64,000 bases of DNA from Lama glama. Lineage: Eukaryota. A model generated the notes under the pieces. It was not told the DNA's origin, did no database searches, and worked only from the letters and a program-made list of their open reading frames with translations. The stretch spans positions 81,284,001 through 81,348,000 of the forward strand of contig CM052817.1 of the NCBI GenBank assembly GCA_028534125.1, in the 5' to 3' direction. Shown piece by piece: positions 25,490-37,829 of this stretch. Both the position numbers and the translations under genes were made by a program. Position 1 is the stretch's first letter. Each line of letters begins with the position of its first letter.

Positions 25490-25832
25490 TATGTCTTTGA
25501 AAGAAAAAAAAACAATTAATTTGTAAAGAATTTAAAAGACAAAGGGGCTATGGATAGTAAAGGGTAAAAGGGTCCCTAGGAGGATAAGGATGAGTTTAAC
25601 AAGGTTTGTATTGATTTCTCAGCCCCACATGCCCCATCTCTGGAGTACGTCTCCCATCCTCGTCCTCCTGGTAAGGGAGGGTGCCTTCCACATGACCTAT
25701 TTTTTGGAAAAGAGCAAGTCGGTGAGATCAGAGTGACCTTCCTAATTCTGCCATTGTCTCAAGCTCCTTCAGCATAAGATTTTTTATCATGCCAAGATGT
25801 CACATTTTGGGCATGTGTCCTGACCCCACCAC
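25490..25832 (-). mobile_element. MER34-like ERV1 LTR
   Basis: ctcaagctccttcagcataagatt..atgccaagatgtcacattttgggcatgtgtcctgacccca is the reverse complement of the recalled MER34-group LTR start. Confidence 0.65.
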
Positions 25833-25834
25833 CA

Positions 25835-26058
25835 GCTTCCCGTGCCTCACCTGTTCCTTCTCCCAGAAACCACAGCAAAGGCATCTGCTTCTCCCTCAGT
25901 CTCATGACTGAGCCCAGGCTCTTCCCTCAGCAGCTCTGTGCGGCTGGCTGAGCTCTTCCTGGGGAGCTGGGAGTACAAAACTGCACACTTTCTGGCGTCC
26001 CTCTTTTGATCTGCATCTGTTTTCATCAAACCTCACCCAGGGTCATATGGTTAAAATA
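25835..26058 (+). mobile_element. MER74-like ERVL LTR 3' part
   Basis: gaaaccacagcaaaggcatctgc..ctcttcctggggagctgggagtacaaaact..tgatctg. Confidence 0.55.
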
Positions 26059-26064
26059 CTTGTC

Positions 26065-26370
26065 TCTACCCATTAGAGGCAGGAGCTCCCCCCCCCCAAC
26101 CCCAGTCATGACAATTAAAACTATGTAAAATAAATGGACAACAAGTTTCTTCTGTATAATACAGGTAACTATATTCAATATCTTGTAGTAACTTATAATG
26201 AAAAAGAATATGAAAACAAATATATGTAAATGTATGACTGAAACATTATGCTGTAAACCAGAAATGGATACAACATCGTACACTGACTGCAATTAAAAAA
26301 AAAAGAGAGAGAGAGAGAGAAATGTCTCCAGACAGGGGGACAAAATCACCCTCAGTGGAGAACCACTGGT
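26065..26370. mobile_element. MER20 hAT MITE fragment, split by an L1 3' tail
   Basis: cccagtcatgacaattaaaa|...|aatgtctccagaca..gggacaaaatcaccctcagtggagaaccactg matches the MER20 terminus. Confidence 0.8.
26131..26318 (+). mobile_element. Short L1 3' tail (camelid-like) with A/(GA)n tail
   Basis: aacaagtttcttctgtataatacaggtaactatattcaatatcttgtagtaacttataatgaaaaagaatatgaaaa..gtatgactgaaacattatgctgtaaaccagaaat. Confidence 0.85.
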
Positions 26371-28239
26371 CTCAAATACTCACTGTCAGCCTCTGACCAT
26401 CATAGTATTTTCCTCATACCCCTTATCCCAGCTTCTCCAACAATAGCATAAGCACTTAATTCTAAATTAAACTACTTATTTCTGGCTTACACTAGCTTCT
26501 GTTTTCCCAGCCAAACCTGACTGAGAGGTAGGAAATAACTGATCAATTCTTTCCTGTGTATGAGCTATCCAAAATACATTTAATTTAGTCACATAAAATA
26601 TTTAACTCAAAGTTAAACATTCACATCATTTATGGTATAACTTGTTTCTTTCCCAAAGATAATTTTTCAATCTAAGAAAATTCTAACTTTTAAAAGAATA
26701 TTATCTTAACTTTTGGAATAATACCCATCTTCTCTAAAGGACTGGTTTTTGAAAGAAAACATGACCTATTTGGCCAGGTTATTTCTTGGAAGATAGCTGC
26801 TGGCTTATATTTTTAGAGTATGTTTATGAAAGAGTTAGATTATAATTTACCAAAATGCGAAGTATAAAAAGGCCGACCAAAAATAAAAGTATTTGATGTG
26901 GTTGTGGTTCAGATTATTTTGTGCTAGGGATGCATATGTAAAACACATGAGAGAGAAAGTAGTGTTTTCCCTTAATTGTCAATGGCCTAACTGGATTAGT
27001 GCCAAGAAGAAGTAAACAGAAAAAAATGAGGGCTTTGATGCTTCCTAAATGGGTTAGGTCTAGTAGACATTAGATTGTATTGACAAAACAAACAAATGAA
27101 TAAAAAGAGCCCCTTCTTTTTGTTTGTTTATTACAATTTCACCTTCAATGCAGTTTGATTAATCTTCTCGCAAATAATGGTTTTAAAAATTTACATATTT
27201 ATATAACTGTGAGGCTGCAGGGGCTTGAAATTTTCCAGTGAAGGGTATTATAGAGGCGCCAGGTAACTAGAGATACAATATAAATCTCGACTGAATGTTT
27301 CAAAGTATAGAATTTCATGCCTTTCTTCTCCCATCTGTGCTCTAATCCTGCTTCTGAGAGACAAAGCATCAGGGGCACTTCACAGTGTGGTGCAGAAAAT
27401 ATAAATAAAACTTAAAAAAAAATCTCGTCTTCAGTAAGTCAGCATCCACTGAAGTCATGCCAGCCTGTGAATTACAGTTTGCAGAAGCTTTAGAAATGAG
27501 GATAAAATTGCTGCATATCATATCCCATGTGAAATGATGAAATGTTTGTTCCTGTATATGCCATATAACAAAACAATGCTCTGACCTAAATTGATTCACT
27601 TTCTAAAGCACTGTTTCTCAGCTTCTGAAATCTTTCATCCACATTCTTCAGTCTGCTGCGTACATTTTATAGCACTCAAGCCGTGGACTGAATGTGATGC
27701 CAAACACAGTTCTGGCTGTGGCTCCAGCCAGACCCAGGAGCATGTGCATTTTGAGCCTAAGAAGGAGAAACAATTGCAGCATTTTGAACTTTACGTATCG
27801 ATTTTGTCCTTGGAACCTGTTAGTATATTAGTTGCTAAATGCATGTTGTAGGTCTTACAGATTCTGACTTTGTATAATGATATAAAAACACCAGAGCATG
27901 AAATTTCTACTAAAGGTATCATAAACAATATCTTGAAGTCTAGTAACTGAAACTGTGAAAACATCAATTGCCTTTGGCCTGAACATTATCTTTTCCTCTT
28001 TGTCTATCGAGCAAGTAGGTTTTGTGATATATTCCCTATAAATTCTTCCTTCCTGGCCCTGTCAATCAAGCTTGCCCTTTTTTGTGTTTTGTTTATCCAA
28101 GAAATACTAACTAAATGTCAACTGTGTAACTGGCTCTGTTCCCAGGGTTTATTAAGAAAAATGAGACATAATCCTTTTTGTAAAAAAGTAAAAAGAAAAG
28201 AAAAGAAAGAAACGTTCACTGTAGTGTAGGGTAAGGAGA

Positions 28240-28790
28240 GTTGGCAGGGTAATATTTTGATCTATCAGGCTGGGGCATTTTTCCCCTTTCGTGTAAGTCT
28301 ATGGCTTCCCCACAGTCCAGACTTCATTCATTACATCAAGGAAAGGATGTTACAACAGAATCAGAGAAAGTTATTTTAATGTTGAATACCTAGTCCTCGA
28401 GAAGGGTTAGAATATAAAGAGCATAAAAGGAGTAAGAGAAGAAACTTCCTTTTCTCCCAGCCTAGCTGAAGTTTTCAGGTTGGGGGGAGGGTCCTAGGAG
28501 TAAGTAGAGTTTGTGAACCCCTGAGGAGCACCTCACCGCTGTCTGCCCTAGAGCTGAGCCCTCCACCTCTCATGGTGGGGTCCACTCTTACTGTTTTGGG
28601 GGCAAAGTGAGAAAAGGGGGCCCCATTGCCCTGATTCAAATAGAATTCAGTGAGGAGCAAGAGCCAGCTTGCCCTCCCACACTGTGGTAGACAGCGTGCT
28701 GGGAGCAGTAGGGTATAAAAGAGTCACGGGGAGCAGTCTCCTAGACCTCCTTTCCCCACACTCCCACAGGGCACAGGAAGAACCATGAAA
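28240..28790 (+). mobile_element. MamGypLTR-like ancient Gypsy LTR, 5' part
   Basis: Start tggcagggtaatattttga resembles MamGypLTR 5' ends; GC-richer body; gggtataaaag at 28711-28721. Confidence 0.5.
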
Positions 28791-30072
28791 AAGTTTTAAG
28801 AATAAGTAAGTCCAATGTGGAGATAAATAGAAACATAAAAATCCACTGATTAACCTTAAAGAGAAAGAGGGAAAAGAAGAACAGATAGAATGAATAGAAA
28901 ATGTCTAGCAAGTTGGTAGATTTTAATCCAACCTTACCCATAATTACATTAAATGTGACTCATCTAAAGACATCAATTAGAAGAGATAAATTGTTAGGTT
29001 AAAAAAAAATTAATACCCAAATATGGGTTTTCTACAGGAAGCCCAATTTAAATATAAAGATGTTGAAATTTAAAAATACAAAAAGAAACACTAAAAGAAG
29101 GCAGGAGTAGCAATATTAATGTTGCAATAGACTTTAGAACAAAGCCTATCACTAGATATAAGGAAGGATATTCCATGATGAAAAGGGGGTCAATTAGCCA
29201 ATCAAGTGTAACCATTTTAAAATGTGCATGCACCCAACAACAAAATTTTAAAAAGCAAAAGCTTTAACTGAAAGAACTGAGAAAAGAAATAGACAACTCA
29301 CAGTTATAACTGGAGATTTCTACACTTCTCTGTCAGATCAGTAGAATTGCTAAACAGAAATTCGGCAGGGATACAGAATACCTGCACGACACTGGCAGCT
29401 GAAGAGAACTAATTAATACTTACAGAACACTATGCTCAACATCATTAGAATGAATGTTCACTTAAATTGCATGTGCAGATTAACATTCACAAAAAGAGGC
29501 CACATTCTGGACCAAAAAATATATATATATTAAAAGTATAATTTGAAACAAAGCTGAATTAAACAAGAAATTAGATAACTAGAAAATCTCCAAATGTTTA
29601 TAAATTTAATAGCACATCTATATATAAATGATGAGTCAAAGAGAAAATCACATAGGAAATTAGAAAACACATCTATTAGAAAAAAATGAAAACACAAGAT
29701 ATCAAAGTTTGTGGGATGCAGCTAAAGCAGTTCATAAAGGGAACTTTATAGAACTGATTGCTTATATTTTAAAAAAAGCAAAAAATCAATGACCAAAACT
29801 TCTGCTTTAAGAAATTATAAGAAGAAGAGTATGTTAACCAAATGAAATCAGAAGAAAGGATGTAATAGAAACAAAAAGAAAACTGGACGAGAATAATAAT
29901 AGAGAAAGTCATTTAAACCAATAGCTGGTTTTTTGAAAGAAATCAATAACTTTAATAACCCCTAATCTGACAAACGAACAATAAAGATAGAAGACTTAAA
30001 TTATATCTACCGGGAATAAAAGAGGTGACATCACTAGATGTTCTATAGACATTAAAATAATGAACAACAGTA

Positions 30073-30835
30073 TGTTAGTTTTTCTAGAGCTGCCACAAAC
30101 TGAGTGGCTTACACAACAGAGATTTATTTTCTCATAGTTCTGGAGGCTGGAAGTCCAAGATCAAGTTTTCAGCAGAGTCGTGCTCCCTCTGATGGTGTTA
30201 GGGAGGGCTCTGTTCCAGGACTGTCTCCTAGTTTCCTAGTTCTTAGCTTGTGGCACCATAACTCCAGTTTTCACATGGCTGTCTCCTCGTGTGCGTGTCC
30301 AAATTTCTCCTTTTTATGATGACACCAGATATATTGGATTATACACCCTACTCCAGTATAACCTCATCTTAACTCATTACATCTGTTAATACTCTGTCTC
30401 CAAATAAGGTTGCATTTAAAGGTATTGGAGATTAAGACTTTGCTGTGGTCTGAATGTTTGTACCATTTCCCCCAAATTCATATGCTGAAATCCTAACCTC
30501 CAAAAGTGATGGTATTTGTTGGTGGAGCCCCTGGGAGTTACCTAAGTCATGACGGTGGAGCCCTCATGAAAGGGATTAGTGTTCTTATAAATAAGACCCC
30601 ACAAAACTCCCTATGCCTTCCACCATGTGAAGATACAATAAAGAAGGCTGGGACCCAGAAAAGAGCTTTCTCTTGGCCATATGATTAGGGACTTCCAGCC
30701 TCCAGAACAATGAGCAGTAAATGTCAGTTGTTTATATTCTACCCAGCTTGTGATATCTTGTTTACAGCAGCCTGAATGGCCCAAGACAGATTTCAACATA
30801 TGGATTTTGGAAGACATGATGCAACCCGTTATACA
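30073..30835 (-). mobile_element. MLT1B/C-like MaLR solo LTR inserted in L1 (TSD cagta/catta), itself split by MLT1A0
   Basis: tttattttctcatagttctggaggctggaagtccaagatcaag..ccagtataacctcatcttaact..ttaagactt|ttcaacatatggatttt..caacccgttataca. Confidence 0.9.
30441..30788 (+). mobile_element. MLT1A0-like MaLR solo LTR (TSD gactt/gattt)
   Basis: tgctgtggtctgaatgtttgt..ggtggagccctcatgaaagggattagtg..gacttccagcctccagaac..cagcagcctgaatggcccaagaca; TG...CA ends. Confidence 0.92.
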
Positions 30836-32328
30836 CATTATGCCCATAAATTAGACAACTCAAATGAGATGGAAACTTTCTCAGAAGATGAACTAATCTC
30901 TCCCAAGGAAAATAGGTAATCTCAATAGTCCTCTATCTATAAAATAAATTGAATTTGTAGTTAAAAAAACTTTAAACAAAGAAAACTCCATGCAGTTTCC
31001 TGTGCTGACAAAGTCAACCAAGTATTTAAGGAAGAGATAATACCAATTCCACAAATTATTCCAGAGTAATGAAGAGGAAGAAAACTTCCCAACTCATATT
31101 ATGAGTGAGCGTTACTCTGATGCCCAAACTGGGCAAAAACATTGGAAGAAAAGAAAACTGCAGGCTAATGTCCCTCATGAACATAAAAGCAACATTTTTC
31201 AAAAAATGCTATTAAGATAAATTCAATAATGTATAAAAATGGTAATACTTCATCCAAATGAGGATTAACTTAGGAAATCAGTGTTTGTTCAACATTGTAA
31301 AATTATTTGCTATATAATTCACCATTTAGCAGACTAATTAAGAAAAATTATGAAATTCTCAATTCAGAAATAGTCTTTTACAAAATCTGACATCCATTCA
31401 TCATAAGTATTCTCAGAAAATGAGAATGTGTTTGTGTTACATATATGTGCATATATATATATATATATAAAGAATCCTCAAAACTTGATAAGAAAACAAT
31501 ATAATAAATAAATGGGCAAGAGATTTGGATGCTTTCTCAAGGAGGATATATGAATCAAAAATAAGCACACTAGTTATCAGAGCAATACAAATGTTAAAAT
31601 CACAAAGAGACATTACTATACACCTAAACATAAAAAAGAGGAGAGGGGTTAATACTAAGTGCTCATTAAGATGCAGAGCAACTGGAATTGTCACATAATG
31701 CTACTAGATTAGCGAAATGGTATAGTTACTTTAGAAAACAGTTTGGCGGTTTCTTATAAATTAAACACATGGGACTTATAATCCAGGGATCACATTCCTA
31801 GATTTTTCACTACACAAATTGAAATCCTAAGCTCGCACCAAAGCCTGTACATAAGCGTGTGTAGCAGTTTTATTCATAATATCCTAAAAATGTAAAACAA
31901 CCCAAATGTGTCTCAGCAGGTAAATAAATAAGCTGTGGTATGTCTGTTTAAGTGAGTATTACTCAATAATAAAAAAAGAAAGAACTACTGACGTAGTTAG
32001 AAATATAGATGAATAGTCCATGCATTTGCTAAGTGAAAAAGTCAGACACAAAAGGTTACATGCTATATGATTTTACCCTAGATGACATTCTGAAAAAGGT
32101 ACAGCTATAAGGGCAGGTTCCATATCATTTGTTGTCAGCAGTTGTATGTGGCAGGGGTGGTGTGGGTGACACAGAAGAATAGATGAAATTGTTGGGAGGG
32201 GAGGGGTGGACCTCTTCTAAATCATCTTGATTGTGGTGATGATGGTTACTCAAGTGTGTGCATTTGCCAAACTTCACAAAAAGTGTACACTGAAAACAGA
32301 AAACTTTAGAGTAAATAAATTATATCAA

Positions 32329-33535
32329 TTTTTATTTATTTATTTTTATTGAAGTATAGTTGATTTACAATGTTATGTTAGTTCCTGGTATACAACAAAG
32401 TGATTCGTTTATACATATTTTATATATATATATATATATATTCTTTTCCATATTATTTCCCATTATGGTTTATTACAAGATATTGAATATAGTTCTCTGT
32501 GCTATACAGTAGGACCTTGTTGTTTATTTTGTATATGGTAATTTGTATCTGCTAATCCCAAACTCCTAATTTATCTTTCCGCCACCCCCTTTCCCTTTGG
32601 TAACCATAAGTTTGCTTTCTATGTCTGTGAGTCCGTTTCTGTTTTGTAAATAAGTTTATTTTATCATATTTTAGATTCCACATATGTTTCTGACTTACTT
32701 CACTTAGTATGATGATCTCTAGGCTCACCTTTGTTGCAAATGGCATCATTTCATTTTTTATGGCTAAGTAGTATTCTATTGGATATATATACCATATATT
32801 TTTTATCCATTCACCTGAGAAATATCTATTTAGGTCTTCTGCCCATTTTTTTGATTGGGTTGTTTGGGTTTTTTTACTGAGTTGTAGGAGCTATTTGTTT
32901 ATTTTAGAATTTAATCCTTTGTTGGTAGCATTGTTTACAAATATTTTCTCACAGTACATAGGTTGTCTTTTTAGTTTGTTTGTGGTTTCATTTCCTTTGC
33001 TGTGGAAAAACTTTTAAGTTTGATAAGAACCCACTTGTTTATTTCTGCTTTTATTTCTGTTGTTTTGGGAGCCTGACCTAAGAAAGCATCTCTATGATTT
33101 ATGTCAGAATGCTTTGCCTAGGTTCTTTTCTAAAAGTTTATGGTGTCATGTCTTCTATTTAAGTCTTTAAGCCATTTTGACTTTATTTTTGTGTATAGTG
33201 TGAGGGAGTGTTCTAATTTCATTAATTTACATGAACACCACTTGCTGAAGAGATTGTTCTTTCTCCACTGTATATTCTTGCCTCTTTTGTCAAAAGATTA
33301 ATTGTATGGGTTTATTTCTGGGCTGACTATTCTGTTCCATTGATCCATATGTCTGTATCTGTGCCAATACCATGCTGTTTTGATTACTGTAGCTCTGTAG
33401 TATTGTCTGAAGTCTGGGTGAGTTATGCCCTTAGCTTTGTTCTTTCTAAGGATTGCTTTGGCAATTATGGGCCTATTATGATTCCATACATACATTATTT
33501 GTCCTAGTTGTATGAAAAATGTCATGTAATTTGAT
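32329..33535 (-). mobile_element. L1 3' end plus ORF2 fragment (cetartiodactyl type), with poly(T)/(TTTA) tail and internal deletions
   Basis: tttattgaagtatagttgatttacaatgtt..ccctttggtaaccataagtttg; the minus ORF at 33298-33525 encodes ORF2p motifs [46 protein letters not shown]. Confidence 0.95.
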
Positions 33536-33624
33536 AAATTAAAAATAAATTATTGAAGCATATAGAATGGGCATCTAATTAGTCCTGTTTGCAAAGCACT
33601 ATCCTAGTGCATAGTTACTGGCTT

Positions 33625-33745
33625 TTCTACTAAACACTAAGTTCCCAGAAAGTAGAGATATTGTTTCATTTGTCTCTGCACCCCAGCACGCAGTATGATG
33701 TCTACTGAAGACAAAGTTCTCAGTAAAAGTTTGTCACGTGTACAA
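33625..33745 (+). mobile_element. L2 3' fragment
   Basis: actaaacactaagttcccagaaagtagagatattgtttcatttgtctctgcaccccagcacgcagta. Confidence 0.65.
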
Positions 33746-36700
33746 GTCAAGTGGCTCAATTAAGAGTTTTAAAGCTCAGCCAACATATCTGATTGACTGA
33801 TTCTATATAATCAAGATCAGAAAAAATTAATATTGATACCAAATAAACAGACATACTACACATGGATGATGGAAACATTAAACCCAATTTAAGAGTCCCA
33901 AATGGCCCTTGATGAAAGGTTTATTACAGGCATAAAGCATTTATTTTAAAGAAATTCTGAATCTGTTACATGAGATGGATGTGATTAACAGTAAGGGGAA
34001 AAAAACTGGCTGCAGCTCAAGTTGGGACCCGGGAAAAGTGAAATTACATATCTTAACATAAATTATCAAGATCGTAGGAGGTCTAAATGAGTCTTTCTTG
34101 TAGAATCATTCAAACATAGAAAGGAGAAGCTGTTCTCCTGGGAAGGCAATAAGCAAGAGTCTGAAAAGCTCGTGCAGACCTGAAGCTTGATGAAAGCATT
34201 TTTATTTGAACCAGCTTAAGCACAATGGGCTCCTGTGAGATTCTCGCTGTACAGCTGTCCTCTCCCTTCACAGGGTGTCTGATGTACAGACTTGTGCCTG
34301 GAGCCCAGAGCTTTCAGATGCCCACTCAGGACCACGTGCAGTTTTCCAGACTCATTTGCCGACAGAAACGAGAGTGCTGTGAGTCAATTTAGTCCATAAG
34401 AGGCACTTTAGTAAGTGTCTTCCTCTGGAACCACAGATGAGAGAGGAAAACAAAGATTCTATGTGTGAGATAGTCAATAAATTATTTGGGGAAAGAATAA
34501 ATGGGTGAATGAACAAATCAATGAGTGAATGAATAAATGAAGAGGGCTATAATTTGTGTTATTTGGTGCTGAAGAGTACAAAAGCTAGGAGATTAACGGT
34601 AATGGTGATGAACTTGTATGAAACAGCCTTTTAGAATTCAGACCTCCTCTTCACTAATCCCACTCATTTACACTTGGATTTGCTGGTGGCATGGTTCATT
34701 AGCTCTCCTGTTTTTTGTTTCCAAATTCTAGATAGAGTTATCCCTTAGGAATGCTCGTCTGATACTTTCTCATTCTCTGCATTTCTCTTTGTGTTTCTCT
34801 CCTGTAAATATATTTTCCTCACACGACTTTACAGAAAGAAGGCTTATGCCCTGAAGAGCCCATAGGCTGTTTTTATGTTTTACTCTTATGATCCAAGGAA
34901 AACAATAAAACACATTTGTTTTATTGGTATTTAATTAGAGATTATATCCACTATTTATGTGATAGCATTTTTATTCTTCTTACAGCTTTAAAATAAAAAG
35001 AAAGAAAAACCCTCCTTCCTACAATGTTACCAACTTTAGGCTACCATTTTATTTATCAAGAAGACAATCGAAAATAACAGAATAGATGTGTTTGGAACAA
35101 TTGCCCAAAGAGAATTCCATTTACTCTATTATAAGCCAATTAAACACAAATCATGAACTGAAATAAATTCAATGCCTACTTGAGACAAGCAATAGAAATA
35201 CATAGTAAGCTACATAAACTGACTTTGATACCATCTGAAATTGCAGTAAGTTAGAACTTCCAAAAGTAGTGTTTTGTGTTATTCACTGTTGAGACATAAG
35301 AGAGTAGGAATGTGATGACTAGGGCAGTAAATTAGAAAGCGTTTACTTCTATTTTAATTTTGTGATTTTCTAGTTGCACTGATTTCAGAAGGAAGTATAA
35401 TCAGAATCCTACAGTAGAGTTGAAGAAATTTGGTAGTATTTCATTCAGTTCATGATTCATCAGGGATGATTCCCAACTTCTGTCATCAATTTCCTTCCAC
35501 TGGAAAGTATATAAGAAGGCTTGCAACGTACTGACCACGCAGAGCTATCAGGAAGACTGAATGAAAAATGAACAACACTTTGAACTACACCCATTAGACA
35601 GGAGATTTTAGTCTCCAATTATTTAAAGTTCTGATTAGACATTAGTTGAATCAGTTGGCATTTCTAACTGATGGCTTATAGATATCGGTATTACTAACTT
35701 TAAGCTTTTTGCATGATTTTTCATGTTCAGGTTCTCACAACAACCTAAAGAAGTAAGTTATTAGGCTAAAAAAAAAAAGTAAGACTCAGACAAAAGGTTG
35801 CTCAGATCTTAAAATTGGCAGGTGCCAAATAACCAATGATAACTGTTTCCTCCAAGTGTATCCATCTTAAAAACTAGTAACTGAATGGAATTACCAGTAT
35901 AATCTCAGGAACTTTCGTAATTTTAACATTTTCTTGCTATTCATGTAGTATTTTTGTTTCTAAGAAGTGGCATGGTAATTGGCATTTATAGTGGAGCAAT
36001 GATTCAATACACAAGTAAGGGCATGAAAGTTTGCCCTTAGATCTGATTTTATTTTTTTCTGGTTAATAGCATGCTTCTACATTTACAGTACTGATTAAGG
36101 AGGAACTGCAAAATTTTTGTGTTTGTGGGTTTGGACAGTACAAGGAATCATATGCTTCCCTACAGTATTTGTCCCCACTGAAACCTTTGATCTATTTTCC
36201 TGAAAACCTAGGAATTTTCTTCCAATATGACACTTACAACAGGGAAAGAACCAAGCTCATTATTTCTTTGAAAATATCACCTACAAATCAGCAAAGAATT
36301 CTACTTAATAGAATTTTGCAAAATTTGGGTAATCCGATTCCCATAGAGAGGAAGCATTTCTGAATCTGAGGAAAGTAAACAAACTGGACTCTGACAATTG
36401 CCAAAAAGTGATACTGATGGCTCCCTGCTACCTATTAACGTAAAATGATGAATACAGTTTCCAGAATTTTTAATGTGTACATCTTACAAAAGCTTATTTT
36501 GCTGAATATGGACAGCACAAGGATTTAAAGGATTTGGAGAGAATTTTGTGACACCATCATTAAATTCTCTGACAGTGAAAGATCCTTACTGTGTCCATAA
36601 TGCTTTGGATAATATGTTGTCACTTCCTCTAGCCTTTTATTGCCTCTGTCCTTTTATTTGGCTATTAGAAAAATGATCACTTCTTGTTTTTAATGCTCCA

Positions 36701-37829
36701 AAGATTTGAGGATTTTTTTTTCCACATTGTGTCTTCTCAGTGGTTCGCTTTCAGAAAAATAAGGGATGTCTAGTAATTTAAAATTAACTTTAAAAAATTG
36801 GATCATTAGACTATATGGGTAGAGTGAAACTAACAAAATACTTTAAGCTTTGGGGAAGGTTGAAGTCAGAGTATTCCACAATGAGCTAAAAACCCTAATT
36901 CAATGACAAACTGCTTGACAATCATGTCTCTTTGTTATAGGTTTTTGACATATCCTTGTTACATTATATTTAAAATCTTTATAAATGTATTTTTAATGTA
37001 TTTGTTATAAGATCATAATATAGTGAAATTAAAGGCTATTTAAATGGCATGGAGTAAACATTTCCTCCTTGAGATTTTCCCTGATACGACTTTTCCTTGT
37101 TTCTCTCAGTCTTTGTTTATATGCATATATTCACAAGATGGTCGTAAGCTTAGAAATGTCTGGCTTGTTCACTTAGATTATGTATTTCTCTGTTATACAT
37201 CTCATAATTATAAATTAAGTGGCTGAATAGCAGTCATCCCAGTTCATGTGAAAAACAGATTATTTTTGAAAACTTAAGTAGAAAATAAATTGAAAAAAGC
37301 ATGGAGTAAATTTTTTTCATATGCCTCTTGAAAATGTTTTCCTAAGATATGTTTTCTTTTGTTTTTCACTTGACTTAAACTATGTTAAACTTATTTCCTG
37401 AATAATTAAGACTGCAAAAAATTCAGAACCAGTGATGGTTCTATGTAATATAGATATCAAAATACTTGTGGTCACTTTGAACTACAATCTTGCTGCTGTA
37501 AATAATATTTTTAATCTCCAAATTATTTTTTATTATTAAATTGTGGGGAAAATTTGTTTATAGTCAACCTGGAAATATATAAATAAAAGAATAAAACAGA
37601 TAAAATAGTAAACCAAGCTCAAAATACATCCACAAACCTGTACTTTTTAAAATCATTTGACATTTATTTATATTTTCTACATATTTGGAAGTTGCAACCT
37701 TGTGCACATATTTTAATTTAGATGATACATTATATTTCAATTCTTAATCTGCTTTCACTGGTTTCATCATACTATTTATATACCAGAAAATAAAACAGCG
37801 GTTAAGTTCTGAATATCAGATGCATGTTA

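Larger units (their letters stand above)
28790..32328 (+). mobile_element. Old L1 (L1MC-like): ORF2 endonuclease region through 3'UTR, with internal deletions and MLT1 insertions
   Basis: attacattaaatgtgact (ITLNV-like EN start ~28940), ggagatttctacacttctctgtcag, gtgggatgcagctaaagcagt, agctggttttttgaaa, cttcccaactcatattatgag, 3'UTR gctaagtgaaaaagtcagacacaaaagg..atcttgattgtggtgat. Confidence 0.92.
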
